NCBI RefSeq assembly: GCF_006345805.1
Contig: NC_042999.1
Span: 22,630,001-22,694,000, forward strand
Direction of reading: 5' to 3'
DNA: 64,000 nt
Origin: Octopus sinensis
Taxonomy: Eukaryota
The position numbers were made by a program, and so were the translations under genes. The notes under the pieces are model-generated. The model was given only the letters and a program-made list of their open reading frames with translations. It was not told the DNA's origin and ran no database searches. This document shows positions 47,783 to 62,974 of the stretch, one piece after another; positions within the stretch are counted from its first letter, which is position 1, and each line of letters opens with the position of its first letter.

Positions 47783-49321
47783 GTATTTGTATGTATGTAC
47801 ATGTGTACTTGCTGTCGATTCATCGACAACTGGTGGAAATCTCGACATAGTATTGCCGGTTTATCTGTTCTGGTTGTAGTCGCCGGTTCAGTGTGTACAC
47901 GTCATCGATATATACGCCGTGATACTTTTAAACCACTGAATAAAATGCATTATTACTAAGTTTTATTTAAATATTTTATTCACATAGTAAATATGTCGTA
48001 TTTTATTAACAACGAAGAATAATTCCAAAGCTAGAAAAAAAATTCCATCATACGATCGGGGAAATTTTTTATAAACCTCGAAGAATGAATAATCAAGAAA
48101 GAAAGTTATAATCGAACACTATATCACCAGTGCTGATATTCCACATCATAAAAAGAGATATAAAGATAGATTAACGAGAATTCAACGTATCATCGGTGAT
48201 ATGAAAATGGGGAAAAAGATACTGGATTATTTGACATCGCTCGTAATTCTTTTTTTATAGAATAATTTTATGTTTTTCTTTTGTTGTACTTCCTACAATT
48301 CAAAATAGCATAATTCGTTTTACTGATTATATTTTTCTTCGAAATTTTATATTTAAAAGTAACGTTACTTTTTTTTTCTTCATGTATATATTTGAGTAAA
48401 TTTTGAATTAATAATTTTTTTTTTGTTATCTTTGAATGTTTATTTCGTTGCTAATGAAATATGATATATTTTCTGTGCAAATAAAAGCTTTGTATGTCGT
48501 TCAGTGATAAAGTAAAGTATAGCGACGAATTTGTTGACGATGTAATGACTCACACCACATTAATACTAGACCTTGCGACGAAATCACTGGTGATATATTT
48601 GATATGATGTAATAGCTCTCAATGAAATTATCGGACATCTTCTATACCTACCTATCCACTCTGACCAACTGTGGATCAAACAGTGTACTTCCATGGTCGA
48701 ATTAGCCATTGAAACCTTCAGACATAGACACATGTATGAACACACACACACACACACACACACAGCAGAGAGAGAGAGAGAGAGAGAGAAGAGAGGAGAG
48801 AGAGAGAGGTGGGAGAGGGATGAGCAAGCACATCTATCGACGACGTACATCGGTGAAAGACGCAAACAGCGGCGAAAACCCCATTTTTATTCGAACGAAG
48901 TCCGCCGAGTTAGCTACATCCCTATCATTCTCGCTGGTAGAAATACAGATCCTTAGACACTTCTCTGTCTGGAGTTTTCCACCCGCTGAGTCTTCTTAGT
49001 GATACAATAGTACATATTTCGTTTCTTCCCCTCGATTCTATGAAGATTTCATATATGTATGTGTGTGTGTGTGTGTGTGCATGGGGATTTATGATAGTCA
49101 TTTTGCCATTAAACTCAACTATCTTTCAGACCTTCTCAATATTTTTCTCTTCTCTATACTGACAAGCGATTCAAGCGAAAGAAAATTCGCATGAATTATG
49201 AATAAGTTCAATTGCTCTGATGAGTGAAAAGTCTAACGTTTATGTCTCTAACCATTCAACACCTTCAGTTTGCTCTACTCTCTGTTGTAGTACGAAATGT
49301 CAGACGTTTCACTTCTCATAT

Positions 49322-49920
49322 ATTTCTTTATTGCCCACAAGAGGCTAAACATAGAGAGGACAAACAAGGACAGACAAAAGGATTAAGTCGATTACATCGA
49401 CCCCAGTGCGAAACTAGTACTTTATTTATCGACCCCGAAAGGATGAAAGGCAAAGTCGACCTCGGCAGAATTTGAACTCAGAACGTAACGACAGACGAAA
49501 TACCTATTTCTTTACTACCCTCAAGGGGCTAAACATAGAGTGGACAAACAGGGACAGACAAAGGGATTAAGTCGATTACATCGACCCCAGTGCGTTACTG
49601 GTACTTAAATTATCGACCCCAAAAGGATGAAAGACAAAGTCGACCTCGGCAGAATTTGAACTCAGAACGTAACGACAGACGAAATACCTATTTCTTTACT
49701 ACCCACAAGAGGCTAAACATAGAGTGGACAAACAGGGACAGACAAAGGGATTAAGTCGATTACATCGACCCCAGTGCGTTACTGGTACTTAAATTATCGA
49801 CCCCAAAAGGATGAAAGACAAAGTCGACCTCGGCAGAATTTGAACTCAGAACGTAACGGCGGACGAAATACTGCTAAGCGTTTCGCCTGGCGTGCTAACG
49901 TTTCTGCCAGTTCGCCGCCT
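49322..49920 (-). mobile_element. SINE family B trimer
   Basis: Three ~183-bp units; the last two are nearly identical. Confidence 0.9.
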
Positions 49921-50267
49921 TCTCATAGCAATTGAACTTATATGATATTCTACGAACTCTCACCTTTGAATTAAATTAAATTCTAACGATTTAGACGAGA
50001 CACTTAACAATTCCCCAAGAGAAGCAATGAATAAAAAAGACCACTCAAGCCCCCGAGTAACTTGTACTCTGGGACTCTTGCTGCACTCGACTTCAGCATC
50101 CGGGTAAAATTTAATGACTAGTCTTCTCATACGTCATAATTTTGTGACTTTTATGCGTCTTATCTAAAATTTACTTGAGAGCTGAGCCGCCCTCCCTCTC
50201 TTCTCCTCCGCATCAGGTTCAAATCATGCTTAAAGTGGATGAGAGATTGGTAGGAGACAAAGAGTTC

Positions 50268-50670
50268 TCTTTTACTCTTTTATTCTTTTACTTGTTTCAG
50301 TCATTTGACTGTGGCCATGCTGGAGCACCGCCTTTAGTCGAGCAAATCGACCCCAGGACTTATTCTTTGGAAGCCTAGTACTTATTCTTTCGGACCCTTT
50401 TGCCGAACCGCTAAGTTACGGGGATGTAAGCACACCAGCATCGGTTGTCAAGCGATGCTGGGGGGACAAACACAGACACAAACACACACACACATATATA
50501 CACATATAGTCGACGGGCTTCTTTCAGTTTCCGTCTACCAAATCCACTCACAAAGCTTTGGTCGGCCCGCAGCTATAGCAGAAGACACTTGCCCAAGGTG
50601 CCACGCAGTGGGACTGAACCCGGTACCATGTGGTTCGTAAGCAAGCTACTTACCACTCAGCCACTCCTAC
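50268..50670 (-). mobile_element. SINE family A, full length
   Basis: Complete motifs on minus. Confidence 0.9.
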
Positions 50671-50689
50671 GCTCTCTCTACGACTGTTT

Positions 50690-50910
50690 CAAGGGTGTCA
50701 CAACCGCTTTCGTGATAGCCACCAAATTGAAGAAAACGGCATACCCCCTCCCTTCTAAAAGAAGGGCGGCAATTTGTTCAAGGGGATCGAATCCTGAGAT
50801 GCATCAACAACTGTTTGATAAGGTAGTGTTCTAGTCGTCGAGCAAATAATTGGGCAATTTCACCGCCATTTTTGCATCTCGGACACATCGTATATTTTGC
50901 CTCCAGAGGT
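50690..50910 (-). mobile_element. Old Tx1-type 3' relic
   Basis: Minus frames MCPRCKNGGE and AVFFNLVAITKAVV resemble CARCERD and ACFLSVVAMAKEVV of the 11.0-11.7 kb element. Confidence 0.45.
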
Positions 50911-51229
50911 CATTCCGACTCGAATAACAACAGCAACGACAAAGATTTTAAATCTTATGCTTGAAAGCCAATGACAGGAACTGTATTTATTCAACAATAA
51001 TTTACTCGTTGATGAAATTTGGGTTTTGGAAATTAGTTAATCAGACAGTTGGAATCAACGAATGACTCTAGAATGGAAAGCCGGATGCCCGGTTGCTCAC
51101 ATGACCGGAAGTACAGTAAATTCAAGTGTGATTGATTCAGGATATTATAATAGAGACATGAGCTACGGTAAAACGGTGAAATAGAAGGCACTTGGGGAAG
51201 AGAGTGACGTAGAAAGAGACGGCTACACA

Positions 51230-51234
51230 CACGC

Positions 51235-51269
<35 letters not shown>

Positions 51270-51889
51270 CACCACACACACACACACACACACAGAGAAA
51301 GAAAGAGAGAGAACTAATGTAATGGGGATTATAATTAACATTAGTATCATCATCATCAACATATTTTCGATCTTTAGGATATTACTAATGGTGATGATGC
51401 TGATGATGGTGATAATGACGATAGTAGTGGTGATGGTGAGGATAATAACGAGGAAGAATATATCGATGATGATGATGATGATGATGATGTTGATGGAAGT
51501 TGATGATGACGATAACGATGGTGACGCCAACGGTGACGTCAACGATAATGATGATGATGATGATGAAGATGAGAAGGAGAAGCAGGAGGAGGTGGAGATG
51601 GTGGTGGTGGTGGTGGAGTCATAGCAACAGGAAGGGCTTAATATGACGATTAATTCACGAAGAGGAAGAATAAGGGAGAGTAGAGGGAACATCTTGCAAA
51701 AGCAGGGTCAGGTGAGGATATCACAATTTATGAGGAAATATAAATGAGATAATGTTTTGGAAAGCGAATGCTCAGGTAGTTTTATTGTCTTAATTAACCC
51801 CTGATACTCATTAGAACGACATTGTCATCGCCATTACAATCATCTTTAATATTATCGTCATCAGCTTCATCATCGAAATTATCGTCATT

Positions 51890-51953
<64 letters not shown>

Positions 51954-52058
51954 GCACCACCATCATCATCGTTCTCCACATGTTCATCATCAACATCGTC
52001 ATCACCGTCATCATCAGCATCATCAACATCGTCATCGTCGTCATCGTCATCGTCATCG

Positions 52059-52111
<53 letters not shown>

Positions 52112-52150
52112 GTCGTCGTCGTCGTCGTCATCATCATCGCCATCATGATC
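51230..52150. repeat. (CA)n, (GAT)n and (CAT)n simple-repeat region
   Basis: Directly visible; produces poly-S/D/M/I ORFs. Confidence 0.95.
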
Positions 52151-52227
52151 GTCATGATCGTCCCTTCCCTCTCTTCTACGACAGTGCTAAGACGTATTTG
52201 AAACAATGGACAACAGTCTATTTTGCG

Positions 52228-52326
52228 CAACCGCTAAGTTACGGGGACGCAAACACACCAGCATCGCTTGTCAAGTGATGTTGGGGTGACAAACACAGAC
52301 AAACAAACATACACACATACACACAC

Positions 52327-52400
<74 letters not shown>

Positions 52401-52560
52401 GGCGGGCTTCTTTCAGTTTCCGTCTACCAAATCCACTCACAAGGCTTTGGTCGGCCCCAGGCTATAGTAGAAGACACTTGCACAAGGTGCTACGCAGTGG
52501 GACTGAACCCGGAACCATGTGGTTGGTAAACAAGCAACTTACCTCACAGCCACTCCTACG
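52228..52560 (-). mobile_element. SINE family A lacking distal tail
   Basis: Head and linker on minus. Confidence 0.85.
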
Positions 52561-53352
52561 TCTCATATCAAACAAGTTTTTGATTTAATCCTGGAATTAA
52601 ATGGTTTACTGTGATTTACTGTGAGGTGACTTTTGGCCAACCCTGTATGCACACGCACACACACACACACACACACACATACACACACACACATATATAC
52701 ATACATACATACATACATACATACATACACACGCACACACACACACACACACACACATATATGCTTACACACTTACATATATATATATATCTTTATATAT
52801 GTCTGTGTGTGTAAACACTGCCGGTGAGAGCTCAATAAGCTTTGAAAATCGATAAATCGATTAAGACTGTTCATAATTTTTTATCGATATGCAGAGTAAT
52901 AGTTTTCCCTATTCCAATGTCTACAACACAGCTTACGTACATCATACCATGGAACTGTATGGCCTGAGCCCCACCACCCCGTTGACAGGATGGTAATACT
53001 AAATAAAGGGTTAAATATTTATTACATGCACACATACACATACACACGCATACATTGCTCGTCGTAAAATTCTCAGCTGAGAGATAACGACGAACATATC
53101 TGAATAAAAGTCTCAGTAGATTACTAATGGTTAGTCTTAAATTCATATATTCAAGATATTGACCTCAAAGTATAAGCAAAGCCGTATCAACATGTCTTTC
53201 GCATCTCGTTGGAATCAGAATTTACTGATATCAACCTGTATGTATGTATGTATGTATGTATGTATGTATGTATGTATGTATGTATGTATGTATGTATGTA
53301 TGTATGTATGTATATATGTATGTATGTATGCATGTATGTATGTATGTATGTA

Positions 53353-53389
<37 letters not shown>

Positions 53390-53689
53390 TTTTTGCTATG
53401 CAAAAGTGTCCAAAACGTTGCTTTTTCAGAAAACGTAAAAATAGTTTTACCATTCCATAGCAAAACTGTTTGTACTACACTTTGAGAGTTTTTGATATTT
53501 TGGCATCTGAAGCAGCTGGAGATACGATAGTTTGATCAAAAGAACGGCTACTGCAAGCAAACATGAATATTGAAAAAAAAAAGGTGCATTTGGCCTAATT
53601 TGGACATACGACAGTTTAACGTAATAATTGCAAGGATATTTATATTATATATTCTTGTATTTATATCGTCTCTGTTGCATTACATTCTT

Positions 53690-53900
53690 TCATTCTTTCC
53701 TTCTACCAAGAAATCTAATGCCCACAGCTTAGTTTTTTCCTTGGGGCTGGCCGAGTTGGAGCAAATATAAAATTATCAGCCGAAATTTGCCATGTATGAT
53801 TCGGTTTCTGACTGAAGATTGAAGGCTTCGAATGACTTGTCTGTTTTCCGTGTTCGTCCCTTCGTGTATTTCACGTTCTTTATATATAAATTTTTATTCC

Positions 53901-53946
<46 letters not shown>

Positions 53947-54310
53947 TGTATGTATGTATGTATGTATGTATGTATGTATGCATGTATGTATGTATGTATG
54001 TATGTATGTATGTATGTATGTATGTATGTATGTATGTATATATTCTTATTCGTGTTATCATTATTATTTTTACGTATTTTTGTATTCTTATTCGTTCCCG
54101 TCCTTGTTTTGTATAGATTCGAAGCTTTCTTCCAAGGAATCTAATGCGCTTGGCTTAGATTTTCCTTTGGGGCTGGCCAGGTAGGAGCAATCTCCAGATT
54201 AATCAGCCGAAATTGCGAGGATGATCCGGTTCTTGACTGAAGATTGAAGGCTTCAAATGCCCCGTCCGTGTTTCTTGTATCGTCTTCTAAATGTTTTGCG
54301 TTCTTGTCCC
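53690..54310 (+). repeat. Diverged tandem duplication of a ~230-bp structured unit separated by (TATG)n
   Basis: TTCCTTGGGGCTGGCC...ATCAGCCGAAATT...GACTGAAGATTGAAGGCTTC at ~53735 and ~54160. Confidence 0.75.
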
Positions 54311-54333
54311 AGTTTGTGTTTTTTACATACACA

Positions 54334-54375
<42 letters not shown>

Positions 54376-54459
54376 CATACATACATACATACATACATAC
54401 ATACATACATACATACATACATACATACATGCATGCATGCATACATACATACACATACA

Positions 54460-54495
<36 letters not shown>

Positions 54496-54502
54496 TATAT
54501 GT

Positions 54503-56375
54503 CCTATCTGAATCTCAATGTGTCTTCCGATCTGGTAGAGGGACAATGAATATGATTTTCACAGCAAGACAGATACAGGAGAAATGTTATGAGTAGAATA
54601 TGGATCTTGTCCAGGTATTCATTGATTTAACCAAGGCCCTTCATACTGTGAATAGGGCCTTGCTATGGAAAATTGTTGGCAAACTTGGATGTCCGGATCA
54701 CATTGTATCTATAATTAAATCATTTCATGATGGGATGGAGGCTTGGGTCATTGTTGGTGGTGGCATGGCAAGACCCATTCCTGTAGACAATGATGTCAAG
54801 TAGGGTGACATCCTTGCCCCAACTTTCATTTTCTTTGTACTTTGCTGTTGTTTTTACTCATGTCTTTGCTAAGGTTAGCTCTCTGGAAATATATGTCAGA
54901 TATCGATCTTCTGGCCACCTCTTTAATCTGCGCCGATTTGCTGTCAATTCAAAAGTTTTCCAGTCTCTTATTTGTGACCTCCTTTATGCAGATGACTGTG
55001 ACTTAGTCACTCATACAGTAGATGACATGTAAATACTTATGAATCGTATTTCTGCTTCTTGCTTGGCATTCGGACTCAGCATTATCCTGGACAAACTGTT
55101 GTAACGTTCCATCCTGCACTAGGGAATCTATATGTGGAATCAGCTATCTTGGTGAAAGGAACAATATTGAAAGTGGTAGACAAGTTTGTCTACCTGGGTA
55201 GCATACTCAGCCGTTCTTGTTCCCTTGATAATGAAATATTTCTCAGGCTGCAGAGAGCAACTGATTCCTTCCGGTTTCTTGAGTCTCGTGACTGGTCCCA
55301 GCATGGCATCACAAGGCAAACAAAAATTGCTGTGTACCGTGCATGTGTACTGACATCGCTCCTTTACTCACGTGAGACGTGGACCCTTTACAATCGTCAT
55401 GTAAAGGTCTTTAAACGCTTCCATCAGAGATGTCTGAGACTCATTCTGAGCGTTGTCTGGACCTTAAAACCTCCAGACACACTGGTCTTTAGGAAAGCTG
55501 ATATCTCGAGTATTGGGGCAATAGTGCTCAAGCATCGGTTACGTTGGACTGATACCTTATCAGAACGAAGGATATCAGAATCCCTAAACAGATTCTATAT
55601 GGGGAACATGCTAGTGGAAAAGAAACCACGGCAGCAACCAAGGCTGCGATTTAAGGACTGTGGCAAATCTCTCTCTATATAAACGGCAGTTTGTCTGGCG
55701 TTTTTCTGTGTGTCTGTTTGCTTTACCCTCACCCTGACCACGGCTTTCAACCGATTCTGATGAAACTTGACACACACATAGCCTAATGTCATAATTCAAA
55801 ACTAACGCACGAAAATTTTGAAAAGTTCCCCCAGTTCTGAAAAAAAACATCGATAAATTCGACATGGGGTCGAAATCAGGACACAAACCACAAACTGTGT
55901 AGGGACGCAACTCCCCCTTTTTAACTATCAAAAAAAATTTACCATATTTTTTTCCATTATTTTGCTATTTTTTGGCTATAACTCTCTAAAAATGCTTTAT
56001 AGTTATTTCCCTTACAAACCTGAGCAACGCCGGGCGATACTGCTAGTACTCATTAAAAGCCTATGAAATGCAGGAGACTGAGTGGGAGAGCAATGCCTGT
56101 CATCGCCACAGGTGGAGGAAGCAGGTTAAGGAAGGGGTCGACACCTTTGAAAGAGCAAGAATTCTTCATGAAGAATTTCAGCGGGCAGTTCGAAAGCGCA
56201 CTGCTGGCGTAGGGAATGGGTAAAGCTTGGTTTGCAATGTTTGCAGTCGAGTATGATTGTAAAGAGCAGGGCTTATTAGCCACCAACGGAGCCGCAAATG
56301 CAAAATATGTTAGTCTTAGAGCGCACAATGTTCCTGAAGGTCAGCAATGGTCTTCCTCGGTCATAAGTGGACGGC
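54503..56375 (+). mobile_element. RTE (BovB-like) LINE 3' half, decayed, interrupted by a Helitron
   Basis: ESQC.FRSGRGT, FIDLTKA, LLYADD, FVYLGS, RLRW, PRLRFKD; after the insert, EWE...W...GV..FE and C2H2 CNVCSR..RAGLISHQRS. Confidence 0.9.
55668..56046 (+). mobile_element. Non-autonomous Helitron (same family as 41058-41438)
   Basis: A|TC ... CTAG|T with no target duplication; removing it restores the RTE frame KDCGKYSLKAYEMQ. Confidence 0.88.
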
Positions 56376-56458
56376 CATCATTATATACATACATACATAT
56401 ATACATACATACACATATATATACATACATACATATATACATACATACACACACACAC

Positions 56459-56512
<54 letters not shown>

Positions 56513-56796
56513 TATATATATAAACACAAACCGTACAACGTAAATGGAAGAAAGAGCTTGGCAGGAATATTATTGAGGCATTAGGTTAATGCTAAAAACT
56601 GAACGAAACACACCAGAAAGAAATAATTATCGATCTGCTACAGTAATAAGTTTTAGTTGTAATATTCTCATCTTTTGGAAGCTCAGCGCATCAGCAAGAC
56701 TACACGAGGAAGTAAGAAACGTTTGGTTTAACACATTCAAAAGATGAAAGAGAAATATATTTAGAACGAATACAGAAAGAAATGGACCTTCTGATG

Positions 56797-57127
<331 letters not shown>

Positions 57128-57839
57128 ACTGCCTTACTTTATTTTTACGTACGCACATCGCACACATATATGAGATAAATGTTGCTTCAAGCAAATTACA
57201 ATATACTTATGTACACATACACACACACACACATACACACATACACACCAACTGATATTTACTGCAAAATAGCAAAGAGACATTTAATATATTTAATACA
57301 TTAAACCCAAATTATTATATAAAAAAGGAAAAAATAAACCAGAGTTTCTTGTAAGATAGAGACACTTCGGAATCACTCTCTAAATGTATGTATGCGTTTC
57401 TGCCCCAATTTAATTACCTAATTCAACTGAATCTTAATTATATATGTGTGTGTATATGTCCTTTTATTTCTTACATGATTCAATCATTAGACTGCTGCCA
57501 TACTGGGGCACCGCTTTGAAGAAATTTTAATTGAACGAATCGAATTCAGCACTTATTTCTCTCTCTCTTTTTTTTAAAGCCTGGTACTTACTATATCGGT
57601 TACTTTGGCCGAACCGTTAAGTTACGGGGACGTAAACACACCAACACCGGTTGTCAGTCAGTGATGGGGAGGGGGGCAAACACAAACACACTCACACTCA
57701 CACACACACATAAATAAATACATACATACATACACACACACACACATATATAATTATTAAAAGTAGGGAATATAAAATTCCAAGGCAACATGGGAAAACA
57801 AACTCAATTTAGTAATACTAAATCAAATTTCACGATATA

Positions 57840-58214
57840 TCTTTATATATAAAAGTCAAGTTGTGTGTCTGTCTCCTACGATTTAGATTCCTAACTACTC
57901 CCACATTTTGCGGTGCAGTTTAACCAAAAGCGGGTATCTTATAGTCGTGATTCATATCGAGCCCTTCTGGGTATTAGCGCGGTTCTACGATGAGTCTACG
58001 ATTTAAAAAAAAAATTTACCATCATTTTTTCCCATTTTAATGCATTTATTTCGCTATTATATAAGGGAAGTAACTCTCTAAAAATGTCTACGATGAGTCA
58101 ACGATTTAAAAAAAAAAAATGCATTTTTTTGGTATTTTTTGGCTATAACTCTCTAAAAATGCTTATATAGTTATTTCCCTTACAAACCCGAGCAACGCCG
58201 GGCGATACTGCTAG
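57840..58214 (+). mobile_element. Non-autonomous Helitron, related family
   Basis: A|TCTTTATATATAAAAG ... GCAACGCCGGGCGATACTGCTAG|T. Confidence 0.8.
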
Positions 58215-58381
58215 TTAAATATATATAGAATTAAGAGATAGAACATCCATAAAGTAATTCAATTAATACTGAAAGATATTATATAAATCTAAATATATTA
58301 TTATTAACGTTGCACTAAAAATTTCTACACATTAAAATGACTTTATTAGTAATATTGTGCTAAAAATTCTATACTAAATAA

Positions 58382-58471
<90 letters not shown>

Positions 58472-58560
58472 ATTCGATCGGCTTCTTTCAATTTCCGTCT
58501 ACCAAAACCACGCACAAGGTTTTGACCAGCCTGAGTCTACAATAAAAAACACCTACCCAA

Positions 58561-58814
58561 GGTAATTCCTCGCCATATTGCGGTTCACCAATTGCGGTTC
58601 ACCAATCGCGGTTCACATACTGCGGTTTATTATTTCAGCTTACGTCGATTCCTGCGTTGTGTTGTTTTGTATTTATAATAAAATAAGTATATACCAATTA
58701 TAAAAATACTAAAAAAATATACAGTACTGTTTCTACTTCGCAGATTTTCACCTATCTTGTGCGTGTTTGGGGGCTTTGGAACGTAACACCCGCGATAGTC
58801 GATGGATTACTGTA
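58561..58814. mobile_element. pogo/Tigger-like MITE
   Basis: Left GGTAATTCCTCGCCATATTGCG; right CGCGATAGTCGATGGATTACTG|TA. Confidence 0.5.
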
Positions 58815-58815
58815 T

Positions 58816-58862
<47 letters not shown>

Positions 58863-58868
58863 ACACAC

Positions 58869-58902
<34 letters not shown>

Positions 58903-59592
58903 GTATATATGTATATGTATATATACATATATATATCAGACATATTAAATTTCTAAATATCTCATACCACCGTGCATACATATATATATATATATACATA
59001 TATGCATATATATACATATATACATATACATATATGCACATATATATACATATATACATATACATACATATATATATATATGTATATATGTATATATGCA
59101 TATGTATATATATTTATATCTACATGATGAGCTTCCTTCAGTTGCCACCTAGCAAATCCACTCGCAAAGGTGGTTTTGGCTGGCTTGAAGATATATTAGA
59201 AAACACTTGCCCGAGGTGTTGAACCCGAGACCATGTCGTTAGGAAGCAAGCTTATTATCCCACAGCCAGGCATGCGCCTGCATGTTCATGTTTACGTGTT
59301 TCAGTCATTCTACTGCGGCCCTGCTGGGGCACCGTCTTAAAAGTTTCAGTCGAGTAAATGTACCCCAATGGTAGTTTTAAGCTTTGCGCTTATTCTATCA
59401 GTCTCTTCTGAAGAATTTTGTTTTGAAAACACCTACGTCCACACCATGCAAGTCTCTCAGGGATTTTGGAAGGATATTTAAGAGCTGTGGGCCCTTGAGA
59501 CCCAAGCTTTTGCAGTAGTTGTTTCTGTATTCTGATGGTGATGCTGGATCTTTGACACTATGCATATATATGTGTGTGTGTATATATATATA

Positions 59593-59637
<45 letters not shown>

Positions 59638-60447
59638 AATATACATACATAGATATATATATATATGTATATATATGTGTGTGTCTGTGGGTGTGTAGGT
59701 TTGTATGTATGCATTAATGGGCGAGTAGGTGTCTGTGTACACACACACAAACATTAACCAAGTTAATAATTGATCAACTCACAGAAGTGTGTGTGAATGA
59801 ATAAATATAACAGCACCGGAAACTGTGGCTTGCAAGATAGATAGATAAACATTATGTATAAACATATATATATATATCCATATATATATGTATATATACG
59901 TACATACATACATACACACATACATACATTTATATATATGCATTTATTTTATATTTGCATACACACCATTATTTATACATAGTCGCACTTGATCGAATCG
60001 ATGTTGACCGCTGATAACATACTAACTTTTAGGACTGAATGAAGACACAGATGAGAGTTTGCTGTTGCTTTCATAGCGCAATTGTAATCACAATCTTCGT
60101 CCGCATCATTATCGTAGACATCATCCTCATCGTCGTCAACATCAACGACGTGGTCGCGGTCGTCATCGTGGTCGTCGTCGTCGTTGTCGTCGTTGTCGTC
60201 GTTGTCGTCGTCGTCTTCGTCCTCGGTAAGAGCAATAATAAAATGAAAAGAGACAAGAACAGAAACAAACAACTTTCGCTTTCATTTTCAATATTGGTAA
60301 TGTCGGTTTTTAAAGTGGCTTCGGCGAGATGCTATCTTGAAGAGATCATAGTTTATCATTGTTACGTGAGATGAATTAGATTGAATAATAAAACTAATAA
60401 CGATGATGTTGATGTTAATGATGATGATGATTATAATAATAATAATG

Positions 60448-60480
<33 letters not shown>

Positions 60481-60552
60481 TTGATAATAATAATGATAAT
60501 AACAATAACAACATTAACAACACGAATTATTATTATTATTATTATTATTATT

Positions 60553-61106
60553 GAGTGAAAGAGCAGTGCATGCCAACAAAGTGACACTGGGGTAAAATAT
60601 ACGAAGCCCAATATACCCATCATGACTACCCGTCTGATAAAGGTACACCAGGCACATGCATCACAACCATATGTGCGCGACATGGTGATCTCATATCAAG
60701 ATAAACAGCACATGACCTTGCAGGTGGGGCCGAGTTAGAATTTTCTTCAGGTTGAGTAGCCCATCCCGCTCAAAAGGTCCCTGAATAAGGGTTGTTTAAG
60801 GATGTTGAACGAACCACCCATGTTTCCAGAGGTGAATTATTCAAACCCCAAAGAATCCCTCTCAACACATGGCTATGATGCTCCCCCACTACTTCTGCTC
60901 GTGATCAGAGATGCACATATCGTCAACCACTAAGGGACATGCTCAACTGGTTAAGGTCAAACAACTGACAAGCAAATCTGTGGTATTGAGCAGAATATTT
61001 GCTGTAGCCCATCTTTTATACCAAGACAAAACAATGTACATGATAACACTTCCAATCAGTTGAGATCAGAAGCCATGAGAGCCACTGCCTGGTACTGCAT
61101 CAGGGC
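60553..61106 (-). repeat. Family D repeat, full copy between (TTA)n tracts
   Basis: Same length and ends as 44192-44745. Confidence 0.9.
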
Positions 61107-61129
61107 ATTTATTATTATTATTATTATTA

Positions 61130-61205
<76 letters not shown>

Positions 61206-61390
61206 GTTTTATTACAAGGACAGCGAGCTGACCGAGTTATCAGCACGACGAACAAAATACTTTACGTTCTGAGGTTCAAAGTCCGTCGAAGTCGACTTTA
61301 AAAACATCCTTTCGGAGTCGATATATTAAGTACCAGTGAAACTCTATCTTCCTCCCCAGAATTTCAGGCTTTGTTTCTATAATAAAAGGG

Positions 61391-61583
<193 letters not shown>

Positions 61584-61681
61584 ATTATTATATTATTATT
61601 ATTATCATTATTATTATTATTGTTATTATTATTATTATTATTATTATCATTATTATTATTATTATATTATTATTATTATTA

Positions 61682-61714
<33 letters not shown>

Positions 61715-61765
61715 CATTATTATTATTATTGTTATTGTTATTATTATTATTATTTATTATTATTA

Positions 61766-61800
<35 letters not shown>

Positions 61801-61801
<1 letters not shown>

Positions 61802-62115
61802 GGCGGCGAGCTGGCGGAAACGTTTATTTCATCTGCCGTTACGTTCTGAGTTCAAATTCCGCCGAGGTCGACTTTGCCTTTCATCCTTTCGGGGTCGATA
61901 AGTTAAGTACCAGTTATGCACTGGGGTCGATTTAATCGACTTAATCCGTTTATCTGTCCTTGTTTGTCCCCTCTGTGTTTAGCCCCTTGTGGGTAGTAAA
62001 GAAATAGGTATTCTGTTCACATTCTGCTGAGGTCGACTTTGCGTTTCATATTTACGAGGTCGATAAATTAAGCACCAGTTAGGTACCAGAGTCGATGTAA
62101 TCAACTATCCCCCGT
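61801..62115 (+). mobile_element. SINE family B immediately after (TTA)n
   Basis: AGGCGGCGAGCTGGC head and core. Confidence 0.85.
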
Positions 62116-62141
62116 CTATTATTATTATTATTATTACCATT

Positions 62142-62608
62142 GACTGAGAGAGCAGTGCATGCCATCAAAATGACACTGGGGTAAAATATACGAGGCCCAG
62201 TATACCCACATCTGATAAAGTAGGCACATGCATCACAATCATATGTGCCTGACATGGTGATCTCATATCACGATAACAATGCATGACTTTGCTGATGGGA
62301 GCCCAGTTAGCATTTTCTTCAGGTCGAGTAGCTCATCCCGCTCAAAAGGCTCCTGAATAAGGGTTGTTTAAGGATGTTGAACGAAACACCCATGTTTCCA
62401 GTGGTGAATTATCCAAACCCCAAAGAATCCCTCTCAACACATGGCAATGATGCTCCCCCACTACATCTGCTCGTGATCAGAGATGCACATATCGTCAGCC
62501 ACTAAGGGACATGTTCAACATGTTATGGTCAAACAACTGACAAGCAAATCTGTGGTATTGAGCAGAATATTTGCTGTAACCCATCTTTCATACCAAGACA
62601 AAACAATG
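62142..62608 (-). repeat. Family D repeat, diverged and truncated
   Basis: Collinear with 44192-44680 with small deletions. Confidence 0.85.
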
Positions 62609-62683
<75 letters not shown>

Positions 62684-62744
62684 GTTGTTGTTGTTATCTT
62701 GTTATCAGACAGGCATGCTATATCTATGATCCAGCATCGTTTAC

Positions 62745-62930
62745 TTTCTCAATTAACACTATGTCTTGTTTCCTATCCTCTATCTCATGGTCGCACTGAA
62801 CCACAAAATCCCATAGGATCTTTGCATTATCATTTTTGCTGATGCCTTCGGGTTTATGTTCGCACCACTCAGTCAAATCCATACTTGTTGCAAAGTGTCC
62901 AATGGACAATATTTGCTTTATTGTCATGAC
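62745..62930 (-). mobile_element. R4/Dong-clade LINE fragment (RLE region)
   Basis: W.EHKPEG...NAKILWDF.VQCDHEIE.RK.DIVLIEK precedes the restriction-like endonuclease PD motif in R4/Dong proteins. Confidence 0.75.
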
Positions 62931-62974
62931 GCCTCTTATATAGTTTCTGTATTATTATTATTATTATTATTATT

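Noticed and set aside
51033-52230. Long ORFs rich in S, I, M or D
   Set aside because: Translations of (GAT)n/(CAT)n/(CA)n simple repeats.
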